DNA from: an uncultured Christensenella sp.
Lineage (GTDB): Bacteria; Bacillota; Clostridia; Christensenellales; UBA3700
Length of the DNA: 64,000 nt
NCBI GenBank assembly: GCA_910584635.1
Contig: CAJUBA010000001.1
Span: 108,176-172,175, forward strand
Direction of reading: 5' to 3'
Shown: positions 20,499 to 30,626 of the stretch, piece after piece
How the letters are laid out: every line of letters starts with the position of its first letter
Numbering within the stretch: the stretch's first letter is position 1
The notes under the pieces: model-generated
Told to the model about the DNA's origin: nothing
The model's database searches: none
Seen by the model: the letters and a program-made list of their open reading frames with translations, nothing else
Position numbers and translations under genes: made by a program

Positions 20499-20712
20499 TC
20501 GCTCGCCGAACATAATAGAATATTAGTTAATTTTGAATTATTAAAATATTAACATAAGTAAGAAAATATTTATTATATTTTATTCGAAACGCTTGCTAAC
20601 GAACACAAATTGTGTTAATATAAATGTATTCTAACGCGACTAGGTTTGACAAAAACTCCGATGTCTTACTTGGTTGGCGCTAAATTTATTTTCCAAAGAA
20701 GGAGGCTAAACA

Positions 20713-20991
20713 ATGGAAATTATCAACGTAAAGGAAATGACAAAGCAGGAAGTTATCGCAAATTTTGCAAAGCATGAAGGCGACACCGGCTCGCCGGAAG
20801 TTCAAATCGCGCTTTTGACGCAGAGAATTCTTCAACTCAACGATCACTTTGCAGAACACAAAAACGACTTCCATTCCAGAAGAGGTTTGTTGCAGATGGT
20901 AGGTAAGAGAAGAAGTATGTTGAAGTATCTTAAAGATGCGGATATAGAGCGTTACCGTGAATTGATTGCAAAACTCGGAATCAGAAAGTAA
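20713..20991 (+). CDS. rpsO: 30S ribosomal protein S15
   Basis: [21 protein letters not shown]...[27 protein letters not shown]. Confidence 0.95.
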   Translation: MEIINVKEMTKQEVIANFAKHEGDTGSPEVQIALLTQRILQLNDHFAEHKNDFHSRRGLLQMVGKRRSMLKYLKDADIERYRELIAKLGIRK

Positions 20992-20998
20992 AATAAGA

Positions 20999-21027
20999 TG
21001 GGGCGTCATTCAGCGTCCCATTTTTTT
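20999..21027 (+). terminator. intrinsic terminator after rpsO
   Basis: TGGGGCGTC ATTCA GCGTCCCA followed by TTTTTTT. Confidence 0.7.
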
Positions 21028-21125
21028 GAAATTTCTTTTATTTATCGGCGTTTGGACAAGCATTTTATTTTATGCTCAAGCGCGTTGTTCAAGATTAAAT
21101 TACTAATTATTGGAGGTTAGTTTAG

Positions 21126-23207
21126 ATGATAGAAAGAAAAATTTTTACCACACAGATCGGCGGAAGAGAAGTAAGTATCGAAACCGGCGCTTATTGTGGA
21201 CTCAGCAACGGTAGTTGTATCGTAAGATGCGGAGATACCGCGGTTATGGTCAACGCTACTATGGCTAAAACTCCCAGAGACGGAATAGACTTTTTCCCGC
21301 TCGGAGTAGATTATGAAGAAAAGATGTACGCCGTAGGCAAGATTCCGGGGGGATTCAAGAAGCGCGAAGGACGCGCAAGCGACAAGGCGATTTTGACGTC
21401 AAGACTTATTGACAGACCTCTTCGTCCGCTTTTCCCAAAGGGCTTTTTCAACGACGTTGCGGTAGTCGCAACCGCGTTGTCCGTAGACCCCAACATTCCG
21501 CCGGAAGTTTACGCTATGATAGGTAGTTCCGTTGCGTTGAGCATTTCGGATATTCCGTTTGCAGGACCGACAGGTTCGGTTATCGTAGGTTACGTAGACG
21601 GTCAGTACGTTATCAATCCGGATACGGAGCAAAGAGAGAAGTCCAAACTTCATCTTTCTCTTAGCGGAACAAAAGAAGCGATACTCATGGTTGAAGCGGG
21701 AGCAAACGAACTTACCGAAGACGAAATGATTGGCGCTATTTTGTTCGGACATGAAGAAATTAAGAAGATTGTTGAATTTATAGACGAAATTCAGGCTCAG
21801 ATAGGTAAAGAAAAGGTAGTTCCCGAACTTTATCATCCGCAACCCGAAATCGAATCGGCGGTCAAAGAGTATGCGGACAAGATGATGGACGACGTACTTG
21901 ACAATTTCAACAGGCAGGACAGAGATAAAGCGGAAGACGCTCTCGATAAAGACGTATTTGCTCATTTTGCAGAGATTTTCCCTGACGGAAAGAAAGATAT
22001 TGCAGAAACTCTTTACGCTATGAAGAAAGCGAAAGTAAGAGCAAAGATTCTCGATAAGGGCGTAAGACCAGACGGAAGAAGTCTTGAAGAAATCAGACCG
22101 ATTTGGTGCGAACACGGCGTTTTGCCGAGAGTTCACGGAAGCGGCGTATTTACCAGAGGACAGACTCAGGTTATGACGATTTGTACGCTCGGAAGTCTTT
22201 CCGAAGTTCAGAAACTCGAAGGACTTGACGACGAAGTATGCAAGAGATATATCCATCATTACAATATGCCTCCGTACAGCACGGGCGAGGCTAAACCGCT
22301 CAAAAGTCCGGGCAGAAGAGAAATCGGACACGGCGCTTTGGCTGAAAGAGCGTTGGAACCTATGCTTCCGTCCGTTGAGGCGTTCCCGTACGCTATCCGT
22401 ACCGTTAGCGAAGTAATTTCTTCCAACGGTTCTACTTCTCAGGCGTCTGTTTGCGGATCTACTTTGGCTCTTATGGACGCGGGCGTTCCTATTAAGAAAC
22501 CTGTTGCGGGCGTGGCTATGGGACTTATCAGCAACGAAGATAAATCAAAGATTTCCGTTCTTACGGATATTCAGGGACTTGAAGATTTCTTCGGCGATAT
22601 GGACTTTAAGGTTGCCGGTACAAAAGACGGTATTACCGCTATCCAAATGGATATTAAAATCAAAGGTATAAACGAAGAAATTTTGAGAAAGGCTCTTGCT
22701 CAAGCAAAGAAGGGAAGATTGTTTATTCTTGACAAGATGCTTGAAGTTATGCCCGAAACAAATAAATCTTTGTCTAAATTTGCTCCTAAGATTGTATCTT
22801 TCAGCATTGACCCGAACAAGATTAAAGACGTTATCGGAAGCGGCGGCAAGGTAATCAATAAGATTATCGACGAAACGGGCGTTAAAATCGATATCGATGA
22901 TTTCGGCAACGTTCTCGTATCCGGCGTAGATGAAGAAATGAACGCTAAGGCAAAGAAAATCATTGATTTGATAGTAAACGACCCTGAGGTCGGCGAAGAA
23001 TTCGAAGGCACCGTAGTAAGAATTATGAACTTCGGCGCGTTTGTAGAAATTGCTCCCGGTAAAGACGCGATGATTCATATTTCCAAACTCAAAAAAGAAA
23101 GAGTTGAGAAAGTTGAAGACGTCGTCAACATCGGTGATAAAGTTAAAGTAAAAGTAACAGATATTACCGATAAGGGCGTTGCGTTAAGACTTTTGGAAGT
23201 TTTGTAA
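21126..23207 (+). CDS. pnp: polyribonucleotide nucleotidyltransferase (PNPase)
   Basis: Two RNase PH domains (RPLRPLFP, REIGHGALAERAL), a KH domain (GSGGKVINKI) and an S1 domain (GTVVRIMNFGAFVEI). Confidence 0.97.
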   Translation: MIERKIFTTQIGGREVSIETGAYCGLSNGSCIVRCGDTAVMVNATMAKTPRDGIDFFPLGVDYEEKMYAVGKIPGGFKKREGRASDKAILTSRLIDRPLRPLFPKGFFNDVAVVATALSVDPNIPPEVYAMIGSSVALSISDIPFAGPTGSVIVGYVDGQYVINPDTEQREKSKLHLSLSGTKEAILMVEAGANELTEDEMIGAILFGHEEIKKIVEFIDEIQAQIGKEKVVPELYHPQPEIESAVKEYADKMMDDVLDNFNRQDRDKAEDALDKDVFAHFAEIFPDGKKDIAETLYAMKKAKVRAKILDKGVRPDGRSLEEIRPIWCEHGVLPRVHGSGVFTRGQTQVMTICTLGSLSEVQKLEGLDDEVCKRYIHHYNMPPYSTGEAKPLKSPGRREIGHGALAERALEPMLPSVEAFPYAIRTVSEVISSNGSTSQASVCGSTLALMDAGVPIKKPVAGVAMGLISNEDKSKISVLTDIQGLEDFFGDMDFKVAGTKDGITAIQMDIKIKGINEEILRKALAQAKKGRLFILDKMLEVMPETNKSLSKFAPKIVSFSIDPNKIKDVIGSGGKVINKIIDETGVKIDIDDFGNVLVSGVDEEMNAKAKKIIDLIVNDPEVGEEFEGTVVRIMNFGAFVEIAPGKDAMIHISKLKKERVEKVEDVVNIGDKVKVKVTDITDKGVALRLLEVL

Positions 23208-23226
23208 TCTATATTATGAAATATAA

Positions 23227-23254
23227 AGAAGCGACCGAGCGGCCGCTTCTTTTC
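23227..23254 (+). terminator. intrinsic terminator after pnp
   Basis: AGAAGCGACC GAGC GGCCGCTTCT followed by TTTCG. Confidence 0.7.
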
Positions 23255-23367
23255 GTATTTATTGATTTTTACGGGTAAAAATCGACGTAAAAATTGTTGG
23301 TCTTGACAATATAATTTTCAAGTAATATAATTATATTAACGTAAAACTTACGAAAGGAGATAGAAAA

Positions 23368-24177
23368 ATGTTTTTTGAAGATGAAGAATTTACCAACAAA
23401 AAGCCAGAAGGATCTTTGTATATCGAAAATATCGATAATGACGATTGGTATATCAACGACGGAGTTTTGGAGGAATGCAGAAAAAGCGATGCGGAAGAAA
23501 TGGAAATTCCCGAGGGCGTAACGAGCATAAATACTTACGCGATTATGGACAATTATTCCGTAAAATCTATTCATTTACCCAAAACGGTAAAAAGATTGGA
23601 ATCTACCGGTATCGCAGAATGCGGAAACTTGACGAAAGTGGTCATTGATAATCCCGATATTGAAATAATGGAATGGGGACTGTCCTATAACGAAGCGCTA
23701 AAAGAAGTATATATAGGCGGTAAAAAAGTCGATAGTATAGTCGCTAAGAGATATAGCGACGGAGCAAAGTGCTTTGAGAGATATTTAGGCGAGGGAGAAG
23801 AAATTACCGTTGAAGAAGGCGTAAGACAGATAAATAACAATGCGTTTGAAAACTGTAAAACGCTGACAAAAATAGTTCTTCCCGATACTGTAGACACAAT
23901 ATGCGACAATGCGTTTAACGAATGTGAAAATCTAAGAGAACTGACTTTGGGCGATAACGTAAGAAAAATCGGAGAAAACGCGTTTTATAATTGCGTAAGA
24001 GTAAATGAATTGAGATTGCCTCAAAGCGTTGAAGAAATAGGTAAATACGCGTTTTACGGTTGGGATACAAATCAGACGATTTATGTTCCGAGTAAATTTC
24101 AATCAAAAGGTTTATTTAAGAAGTTATTCAAAGAAAAGTGGCAAGCCGGCTGTAGCGCAAATATTGTTTTCTATTGA
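23368..24177 (+). CDS. BspA-type leucine-rich-repeat (LRR_5-like) protein without a signal peptide, paralogue 1
   Basis: 269 aa with SD AAGGAG. Repeats have the form (I/L)P..V..I...AF..C..L. The acidic N-terminus MFFEDEEF is not followed by a hydrophobic leader. Confidence 0.7.
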   Translation: MFFEDEEFTNKKPEGSLYIENIDNDDWYINDGVLEECRKSDAEEMEIPEGVTSINTYAIMDNYSVKSIHLPKTVKRLESTGIAECGNLTKVVIDNPDIEIMEWGLSYNEALKEVYIGGKKVDSIVAKRYSDGAKCFERYLGEGEEITVEEGVRQINNNAFENCKTLTKIVLPDTVDTICDNAFNECENLRELTLGDNVRKIGENAFYNCVRVNELRLPQSVEEIGKYAFYGWDTNQTIYVPSKFQSKGLFKKLFKEKWQAGCSANIVFY

Positions 24178-24201
24178 TATTGCGTAAAGGGAGGAGAGCA
24201 A

Positions 24202-24942
24202 ATGTTTTTCGAAGACGAGGAATTTTCAGATAATAAAAGCGATTTTAACGAAGATGCGGAAGTAGTTTCGGATTTTAATTTGGACGACGACAAGTGGACG
24301 ATAGAGGAAGGAGCGTTAGATTCCTTTCACGATTTTGATGCAAAGGAAGTATGTGTGCCGGAAGGCGTAACCGAAATAGAGTCGTACGCTTTTTTGTTTA
24401 TGAGCGAACTTAAAGCGATATATTTTCCTAAAACTGTAAAAGAACTTTGGGAAGACGCGGTAGGCGGCTGCGACAAATTGACCAAACTCGTTTTCGAAAA
24501 CGCAAACGTCAAGTTTGAAGTTAACTCTATATCCTGTAATGAGTTTTTGGAAGAAGTATATATAGGCGGAGAAAAGAAAGACGTTATTTACTCAACGTCT
24601 GACGATAATAAGCGGTATCTTGAAAAATATCTTGGAGTAGACAGTGAATTTTCTATTGAAGATGGAATATACGGCATCAGTTCTTACGCTTTTGCCAATC
24701 GCAAGTCGCTTTTCGAGTTGAATATTCCCGATTCCGTAGAATTTATTGATAACAACGCTTTTGAGAACTGTACTAATATTAAAGAACTCAAATTGCCGAA
24801 TACCGGCGTATTAAGCATTAGACCCTACGCGTTTAGAGGTTGGACGGAAAATCAAACGATTTACGCTCCGAGTTTTCTCAAAGGTATAAAGTTTTTCCAA
24901 AAGTGGCGTAAGGGATGCAAAGCCAACGTGATATATTATTAA
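24202..24942 (+). CDS. BspA-type leucine-rich-repeat (LRR_5-like) protein without a signal peptide, paralogue 2
   Basis: 246 aa with SD GGGAGGAG. It has the same MFFEDEEF start, the same repeat layout and the same C-terminal ...GC.AN(I/V)..Y ending as the upstream gene. Confidence 0.7.
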   Translation: MFFEDEEFSDNKSDFNEDAEVVSDFNLDDDKWTIEEGALDSFHDFDAKEVCVPEGVTEIESYAFLFMSELKAIYFPKTVKELWEDAVGGCDKLTKLVFENANVKFEVNSISCNEFLEEVYIGGEKKDVIYSTSDDNKRYLEKYLGVDSEFSIEDGIYGISSYAFANRKSLFELNIPDSVEFIDNNAFENCTNIKELKLPNTGVLSIRPYAFRGWTENQTIYAPSFLKGIKFFQKWRKGCKANVIYY

Positions 24943-25023
24943 ATTCTCAATAGGCGGAGATTAAAGCAATTAGCGTTAGTATAATATGGATTTTCATTGC
25001 ATATCTTTTTTTGAGGTGTGTAA

Positions 25024-25746
25024 ATGAAGAAGTACAGGAGAATTACAAGCGCAGTAACAAATATAATCATTATAGTAATGCTGATAAGCCTTACCGTAGT
25101 AAGTTTCAGCGGTCAGTATTCGTCTTTCGTATCTTTGAACGCGAACGACAGACCGTATTATAAAGGTAATCCGACGAGAGGCGAAGTCGCTCTTATGATA
25201 AACGTATACTGGGGTACGGAATATCTGGACGATATGCTCCAAGTGTTGGAGAATCATAATGCGAAATGCACGTTTTTTGTCGGCGGCAGTTGGGCGAGTA
25301 AAAACAGTGAGTATTTGGAGAAGATGATTGAAAAGGGACACGAGATTGGTAATCACGGTTATTTTCACAAAGATCACGCTAAACTGAATTACGCGCAAAA
25401 CGAAAGCGAAATCAAGTCTAATAACGTGCTTGTTAACGGACTTACAGGCTATAAAATGACTTTGTTTGCTCCGCCGTCGGGAAGTTTTAACGATATAACG
25501 CTCAAAGTGGCGGCAGATTTGGGAATGCAGACGATTATGTGGAGCAGAGATACCATTGACTGGCGAGACAAAGACAGTTCGCTGGTATTCAGTCGTGCGA
25601 CTAATAAAGTAACGGCGGGAGATATGATTCTCATGCACCCGACAGCGCATACTTTGGCGGCGTTGGGAGAGATATTATCTTTCTATGAGGAGAATAATTT
25701 AACTCCCGTAACGGTATCTCAAATAATCAAGCAAGAGATTATTTAG
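25024..25746 (+). CDS. sporulation-type polysaccharide deacetylase (PdaB/YlxY-like, NodB fold)
   Basis: N-terminal TM helix, then LMINVYWGTEYL, TFFVGG, GHEIGNHGYFH and ILMHP. The position after pnp mirrors B. subtilis ylxY. Confidence 0.75.
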   Translation: MKKYRRITSAVTNIIIIVMLISLTVVSFSGQYSSFVSLNANDRPYYKGNPTRGEVALMINVYWGTEYLDDMLQVLENHNAKCTFFVGGSWASKNSEYLEKMIEKGHEIGNHGYFHKDHAKLNYAQNESEIKSNNVLVNGLTGYKMTLFAPPSGSFNDITLKVAADLGMQTIMWSRDTIDWRDKDSSLVFSRATNKVTAGDMILMHPTAHTLAALGEILSFYEENNLTPVTVSQIIKQEII

Positions 25747-25901
25747 ATAGCATAAATAAAACAAACTTGTTTATTGTCGACAAAAGTCGGCAATAAATTT
25801 TATATCGTAATATAGGCAAGCGTTACTAATATACTTTACTATTGATAATAATTATTGTAGAATAATATTAAATTGACTTTGTCGAAGATGGAGATTATAT
25901 T

Positions 25902-27155
25902 ATGAACAAGATACACAGATTTTCAAGCGGACTTCGTCTGGCGTATAAATACTCGCCGTCGGTCAGATCGGTAGGAATAGCGGTAATGACCGGAGTAGGC
26001 AGCGGGAATGAAACAAAGGATAATAACGGCATTTCCCATTTTATCGAACACATGTATTTCAAAGGCACAAAGGATAAGAGCGCTTTTGAGATAGTGGAGT
26101 ACGTGGACGGAATAGGCGCGCAGATAAACGCGTTTACGTCTAAACAGACTACTTGTTTTTACACGCTGTCTATCGACACCCAAGCGGAAAATTGCGCTAA
26201 AATATTAAGCGAAATTTTGTTTGAATCCACGTTTGACGAAAGCGAAATGGAGAGAGAAAAAGGCGTCGTGTTGGAAGAAATATCTATGTGCGAAGACGAT
26301 AACTCCGACGTGGTATTGGATTTGCTTGCAGAAGGATATTTTGGTAAGAATCCACTCGGTATGACTATTTTGGGAGAGAGGAAAAACGTTAAGAATTTTA
26401 CAAGACATGATTTGCTCGATTATATTTCGAACAATTATTGCGCGGAAAGCAGCGTTGTGTCGATAGTGGGAAATATTTCGTTTGAAAAAGCCAAAGAACT
26501 GTGCGAAAAATATTTTGAAGGCAAATTTTCTTGCAATTGCAATCGCGACTGGCGCGATATAAATCACAAGACGCAGAGAAGCGTTAAGAGCAAGTTTAAG
26601 GACATCGAACAGTCGAATATCGCAATAGGTTTTCCCGCTTTTGAATATGGCAGCAAGTATACTATGGCGGAATTGTTGGTAAATACTATTGTCGGCGGAG
26701 GAATGAGTTCAAGACTCTTTCAGGAAGTCAGAGAAAAAAGAGGTTTGGCTTATAACGTATACACTTATAATTCTTCTTATATCAACAACGGACTGTTGTC
26801 GCTGTATATAGGTACGAACGTTGAATCAGTAAAAAAAGCCGTTGACTGCACTTTGGATCTTATCGAAGAATTGAGAAAGAACGGACTTACCAAAAGAGAG
26901 TTGGAAAGAGGAATAGAACAACTTAAAGGTTCTTACGTTTTGGGACAGGAGAGTACCGGAATGATGATGAGAGTAAACGCAAAAAACACGCTGTTTGCCG
27001 ATAAAATTTTCGATATAGACGAGAAAATAAAGGAGATTGAAAATATTACTATCGAACAGACCAAAGACGTAATCGACTATTCGTACGATATAACTAAGGC
27101 AAGTATAGCGTATATAGGTAAAAAACCTAAATGCGATATAGATAAGTTGATTTGA
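25902..27155 (+). CDS. M16-family zinc peptidase (MlpA/YmxG-like)
   Basis: HFIEHMYFKG (the inverted HxxEH zinc motif) and an insulinase-like two-domain length of 417 aa. Confidence 0.85.
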   Translation: MNKIHRFSSGLRLAYKYSPSVRSVGIAVMTGVGSGNETKDNNGISHFIEHMYFKGTKDKSAFEIVEYVDGIGAQINAFTSKQTTCFYTLSIDTQAENCAKILSEILFESTFDESEMEREKGVVLEEISMCEDDNSDVVLDLLAEGYFGKNPLGMTILGERKNVKNFTRHDLLDYISNNYCAESSVVSIVGNISFEKAKELCEKYFEGKFSCNCNRDWRDINHKTQRSVKSKFKDIEQSNIAIGFPAFEYGSKYTMAELLVNTIVGGGMSSRLFQEVREKRGLAYNVYTYNSSYINNGLLSLYIGTNVESVKKAVDCTLDLIEELRKNGLTKRELERGIEQLKGSYVLGQESTGMMMRVNAKNTLFADKIFDIDEKIKEIENITIEQTKDVIDYSYDITKASIAYIGKKPKCDIDKLI

Positions 27156-27190
27156 CAAATCGGAACAGATTAACTGTATAGGGCGGGATA

Positions 27191-27216
27191 AAGATAGGCA
27201 AGCCTATCTTTTTTCG
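27191..27216 (+). terminator. intrinsic terminator after the M16 peptidase gene
   Basis: AAGATAGG CAAG CCTATCTT followed by TTTTCG. Confidence 0.7.
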
Positions 27217-27419
27217 TATAATATGGAGTAAAAAGGGGTATTTAGTCAAAAAATATGGGCAAAAACGGTATTAGATGTATAAATATTTACACATTTCGAG
27301 ACTTGATAAGGTAAAATCGTTTTTGAGACCGCTTTATTATAATAATAATTGAATTAAAAATATTGTAATTCAATGTATGATGTGGTATAATCTAACATGA
27401 GATTATAAGGAGAAATTCA

Positions 27420-30400
27420 ATGCCAAAAGGTTACGAAGATAACAATCAAAATAAGAGGGCGAAATCAAACCGTACGAACGGAATAGTAATTACTATTATT
27501 TTTGTTGCAATGGACTTGATTTTGTTGGGCGTATTCGGAAAAGCGGGAGAAGTCCTCGTAGACTTTTTCGTCGGAGTGTTCGGTTACGCTATATACGGAT
27601 ACAGTTTTGCGATGACGTTGGTAGGGGTATTGATGTGTCTTAACGTCAAACCTAAGCAGAACGCAAAGATAATTTTACTTTACGTCGCTATTGCGGTATT
27701 GGTAATTATTTTTGCTCATATTCTTGTTTCGCGCGCCTATACTCAAAACGGTTGGGGAAATTATATAAGTCAATCCTATAAAAGCGCGAATACTGCAGGA
27801 GGCGCGATTGCGAGCATATTCCTTTATCCGTTCGCGATGAAGAAAATCTATATACTCAGTCTGGTTGCCAACGGAATTCTTGCTACAGGACTTATCGTGA
27901 TAGCGGTATTGTTGCAAGTAAATATAGATATAAATTTAGAAAGATTTACTCGAAAAAAATATAAAAAGATATCCAGCGGTCAAAATGAGAACGTAGGAAT
28001 GTTTGACGTCGACTATCAATCGGAAAACGTAGTCAATCTCAACAATCACACTGTTGACGGTAAAGATATGGGCGACAGTCTGTACGCAAAGGGCAGAAGA
28101 AAGAACAGTTTGGATAATTATGTTCCTATAGACAGAATTAACGTGTCGGAGGAGCAGGATTTTGATATTTACAGCAATAATTTTGTCGGCGAAGACGCTC
28201 AACTTATTTTGGATACCAACGAAATCAGAAACGAAGCGGACAGACCGGATTTGATTTATGCAAGCGAGGACATAGACAGTATTGACAGAACGGTGGACAT
28301 TTCCCTCGCTCAAAAAGAGATATTCGGGATAGACGGTTTCGGCAAAATGAACGTTATCGACGAAGGAAAACAGGAATCGCCCATAGAAAATATTCCGTCG
28401 CAAAAGGAAAACTCATATACTCAAAATTACGACGCATCCAGATACGCAGGGTTTTCCACCAGCGAAAGATTGCGCATCATGGCTGAAAACGAAAGAAGAA
28501 GCAAACAAAACGCTTCGGGTAATGATTTTAGGGCGTCGGAAAACCATACTACAGGCTCTCAACAGAGTTTCGGCGAGAAGATAAGCGAAATTTTGAATAA
28601 AAAACCGTCTTACAAAGCGGAAGAAAACGAGCGTAAAAGCCAACCTATCGAACGAATTACGTTTGATACGCAGCCTGAACCGACTGTTAAATCTGAAAAA
28701 GCGGCTGATTTCGACTTCAAGGCTTTGAAGAACGGTAACAACGTAAACGCGGATAAAAAAGAGGACGAGGTTGTAAAATCCGATACCGAAAAAGTTCAGG
28801 ATAAGACTGAAACAAAAGAAATAGAGTCGATGGACGATTTTATCGCCAATATCAACAGGCAGAAAAAGCAGGAAGATACGCCTCAAATCAAAAACTACGA
28901 CGCTACTAAAAACGTAGAAATCAAGGCGGAGAAGGCTCAGCCTACCGACGGTTATTTCCAAAAGACTTTCGAACCTAAGCCTATTACGCCAAAACAGCCG
29001 ATAGTTCCCAAGACTCCGGTAAACAAAATCGAAGAAAAGCCGGTTAAGAAGGAAGAAACCGAAAAGAAAGAGGAAAAACCCAAAGAGAAAATCAAGAGAA
29101 GTCCTTATATTCCGCCGAGCGTAGATAATCTTAAAGATTATATAGATAAGAGCGATTATCAAGAAGACTTCAACGCTAAGGCGAAAATCATCGAAGAAAC
29201 CTATGCCGATTTCGGAATAGACGTATGCGTAAAAAATATCGTCAGCGGACCTACGGTAACAAGATTCGAGTTTGAAGTTCTCTCCAAGATAGACGTTCAA
29301 CTTATCCGTAAAAAGGCGGACAACCTTTTGATGTATCTTGCGGTAACGTCGATAAGAATCGAAGCGCCGATACCGGGTAAATCGCTTTGCGGTATTGAAA
29401 TACCTAACGCTAAGAGAAAAACGGTCGGATTGAAAGAGTTTATCGAAAACGAAGAATTCAAGAGCAAGAGCGACGGATTGTATTTTGCGCTCGGTAAAGA
29501 CGTAGATAATAACTGTCATTTTGAAGATCTTACCGATTTCCCGCACGGACTTATAGCAGGCGGAACGGGTAGCGGTAAATCAGTATGTCTTAACACTATG
29601 CTGTGTTCTTTGGTATACAAGTATTCGCCTGAAGAATTGAGAATAGTATTGGTCGATCCGAAAAGAGTAGAATTCGGTCAGTACAGAGGACTTCCGCATT
29701 TGCTTACTCCGCAAATTTACAACACGCCAAAAGAATCTTTGGTAATTCTCAGATGGTTGGTTGAGGAAATGTCTAGAAGATATTCTTTGTTCGAAACTTA
29801 CGGAGTGAATAAATTGCCTACTTTTAATATGCTCGACGAAGTAATAGCCGAAGATAAGAAATTGCCTTATATTGTCGCTATCATAGACGAGGTAGGCGAT
29901 ATAATGGTCAGCGAATACGCGAAAGAATTCGAAACGCTCGTAATCACTTTGGCACAGAAAGCGCGCGCGAGCGGTATACACTTGATTCTTGCTACACAAA
30001 GACCTTCGGTAGACGTCATAACGGGACTTATAAAGAGTAACTTGCCTACGCGTATAGCGTTTGCCGTTGCTTCCGGAGTGGACAGTAAAACTATTTTGGA
30101 TACCGTCGGAGCGGAAGAACTTCTCGGTAAAGGCGATATGCTTATAAAGACGAGAAAGTTGTCCAAGCAACTTGAAAGATTGCAAAATCCGTTTGTAGAC
30201 GATATTGAAATCAAAAATATCATGTCCGATATAATCAAGCACAATCAGGCTTATTACGACGAGAGCGTAGAAAACAGAATAAAAGAAATGTCCGAGCCGC
30301 CTAAGACGGAAGAGAGCGTAAATCCCAAAGATATTAAGGAATTCGATTTTCCGGACGACCTTATTCCCGACGTTTTGAGAAAAATCGCGGGATCGGATAA

Positions 30401-30593
30401 AGTGTCTATATCGGGATTGCAAAGAGCATTTTCGATAGGATTCTCGAGAGGCGGAAAGATTTATGACTGGTTGCTTAACGTAGGATATACGGAAAAAACT
30501 GCGGACAACAAATGTATTTGCCGTCTTAGCGCCGAAGAAGTCGAAGAAATCATCGAGGGCGCAAGAACGGGCGACGGCGATAGCGAAGAATAA
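27420..30593 (+). CDS. ftsK: FtsK/SpoIIIE-family DNA translocase
   Basis: N-terminal TM helices and a low-complexity Lys/Glu/Pro-rich linker of about 370 aa. The motor domain carries Walker A (GGTGSGKSV) and IIDE. A C-terminal winged-helix gamma domain is present (ISGLQRAFSIGFSRGGKIYDWL). Confidence 0.93.
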   Translation: MPKGYEDNNQNKRAKSNRTNGIVITIIFVAMDLILLGVFGKAGEVLVDFFVGVFGYAIYGYSFAMTLVGVLMCLNVKPKQNAKIILLYVAIAVLVIIFAHILVSRAYTQNGWGNYISQSYKSANTAGGAIASIFLYPFAMKKIYILSLVANGILATGLIVIAVLLQVNIDINLERFTRKKYKKISSGQNENVGMFDVDYQSENVVNLNNHTVDGKDMGDSLYAKGRRKNSLDNYVPIDRINVSEEQDFDIYSNNFVGEDAQLILDTNEIRNEADRPDLIYASEDIDSIDRTVDISLAQKEIFGIDGFGKMNVIDEGKQESPIENIPSQKENSYTQNYDASRYAGFSTSERLRIMAENERRSKQNASGNDFRASENHTTGSQQSFGEKISEILNKKPSYKAEENERKSQPIERITFDTQPEPTVKSEKAADFDFKALKNGNNVNADKKEDEVVKSDTEKVQDKTETKEIESMDDFIANINRQKKQEDTPQIKNYDATKNVEIKAEKAQPTDGYFQKTFEPKPITPKQPIVPKTPVNKIEEKPVKKEETEKKEEKPKEKIKRSPYIPPSVDNLKDYIDKSDYQEDFNAKAKIIEETYADFGIDVCVKNIVSGPTVTRFEFEVLSKIDVQLIRKKADNLLMYLAVTSIRIEAPIPGKSLCGIEIPNAKRKTVGLKEFIENEEFKSKSDGLYFALGKDVDNNCHFEDLTDFPHGLIAGGTGSGKSVCLNTMLCSLVYKYSPEELRIVLVDPKRVEFGQYRGLPHLLTPQIYNTPKESLVILRWLVEEMSRRYSLFETYGVNKLPTFNMLDEVIAEDKKLPYIVAIIDEVGDIMVSEYAKEFETLVITLAQKARASGIHLILATQRPSVDVITGLIKSNLPTRIAFAVASGVDSKTILDTVGAEELLGKGDMLIKTRKLSKQLERLQNPFVDDIEIKNIMSDIIKHNQAYYDESVENRIKEMSEPPKTEESVNPKDIKEFDFPDDLIPDVLRKIAGSDKVSISGLQRAFSIGFSRGGKIYDWLLNVGYTEKTADNKCICRLSAEEVEEIIEGARTGDGDSEE

Positions 30594-30626
30594 CGGGGAA
30601 AGAGTTTATTTATTAGGAGAAGTAAA

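Noticed and set aside
20499-20712. A possible S15 autoregulatory leader upstream of rpsO.
   Set aside because: I could not fold a convincing multi-helix structure or locate a clear promoter by eye. It is left unannotated pending a covariance-model scan.
28413-30422. Two long minus-strand ORFs (377 and 280 aa) inside ftsK. Similar cases are 4617-5372, 5436-6200, 12142-12912, 21399-22331, 32917-33843, 34957-35997, 48036-48929 and 54213-55010.
   Set aside because: All are exactly codon-aligned antisense shadows of well-supported plus-strand genes. Their sequences are rich in Arg, Phe, Tyr, Cys, Ser and Asn and carry no motifs or SD. They are explained by depletion of TTA/CTA/TCA codons in the sense genes.
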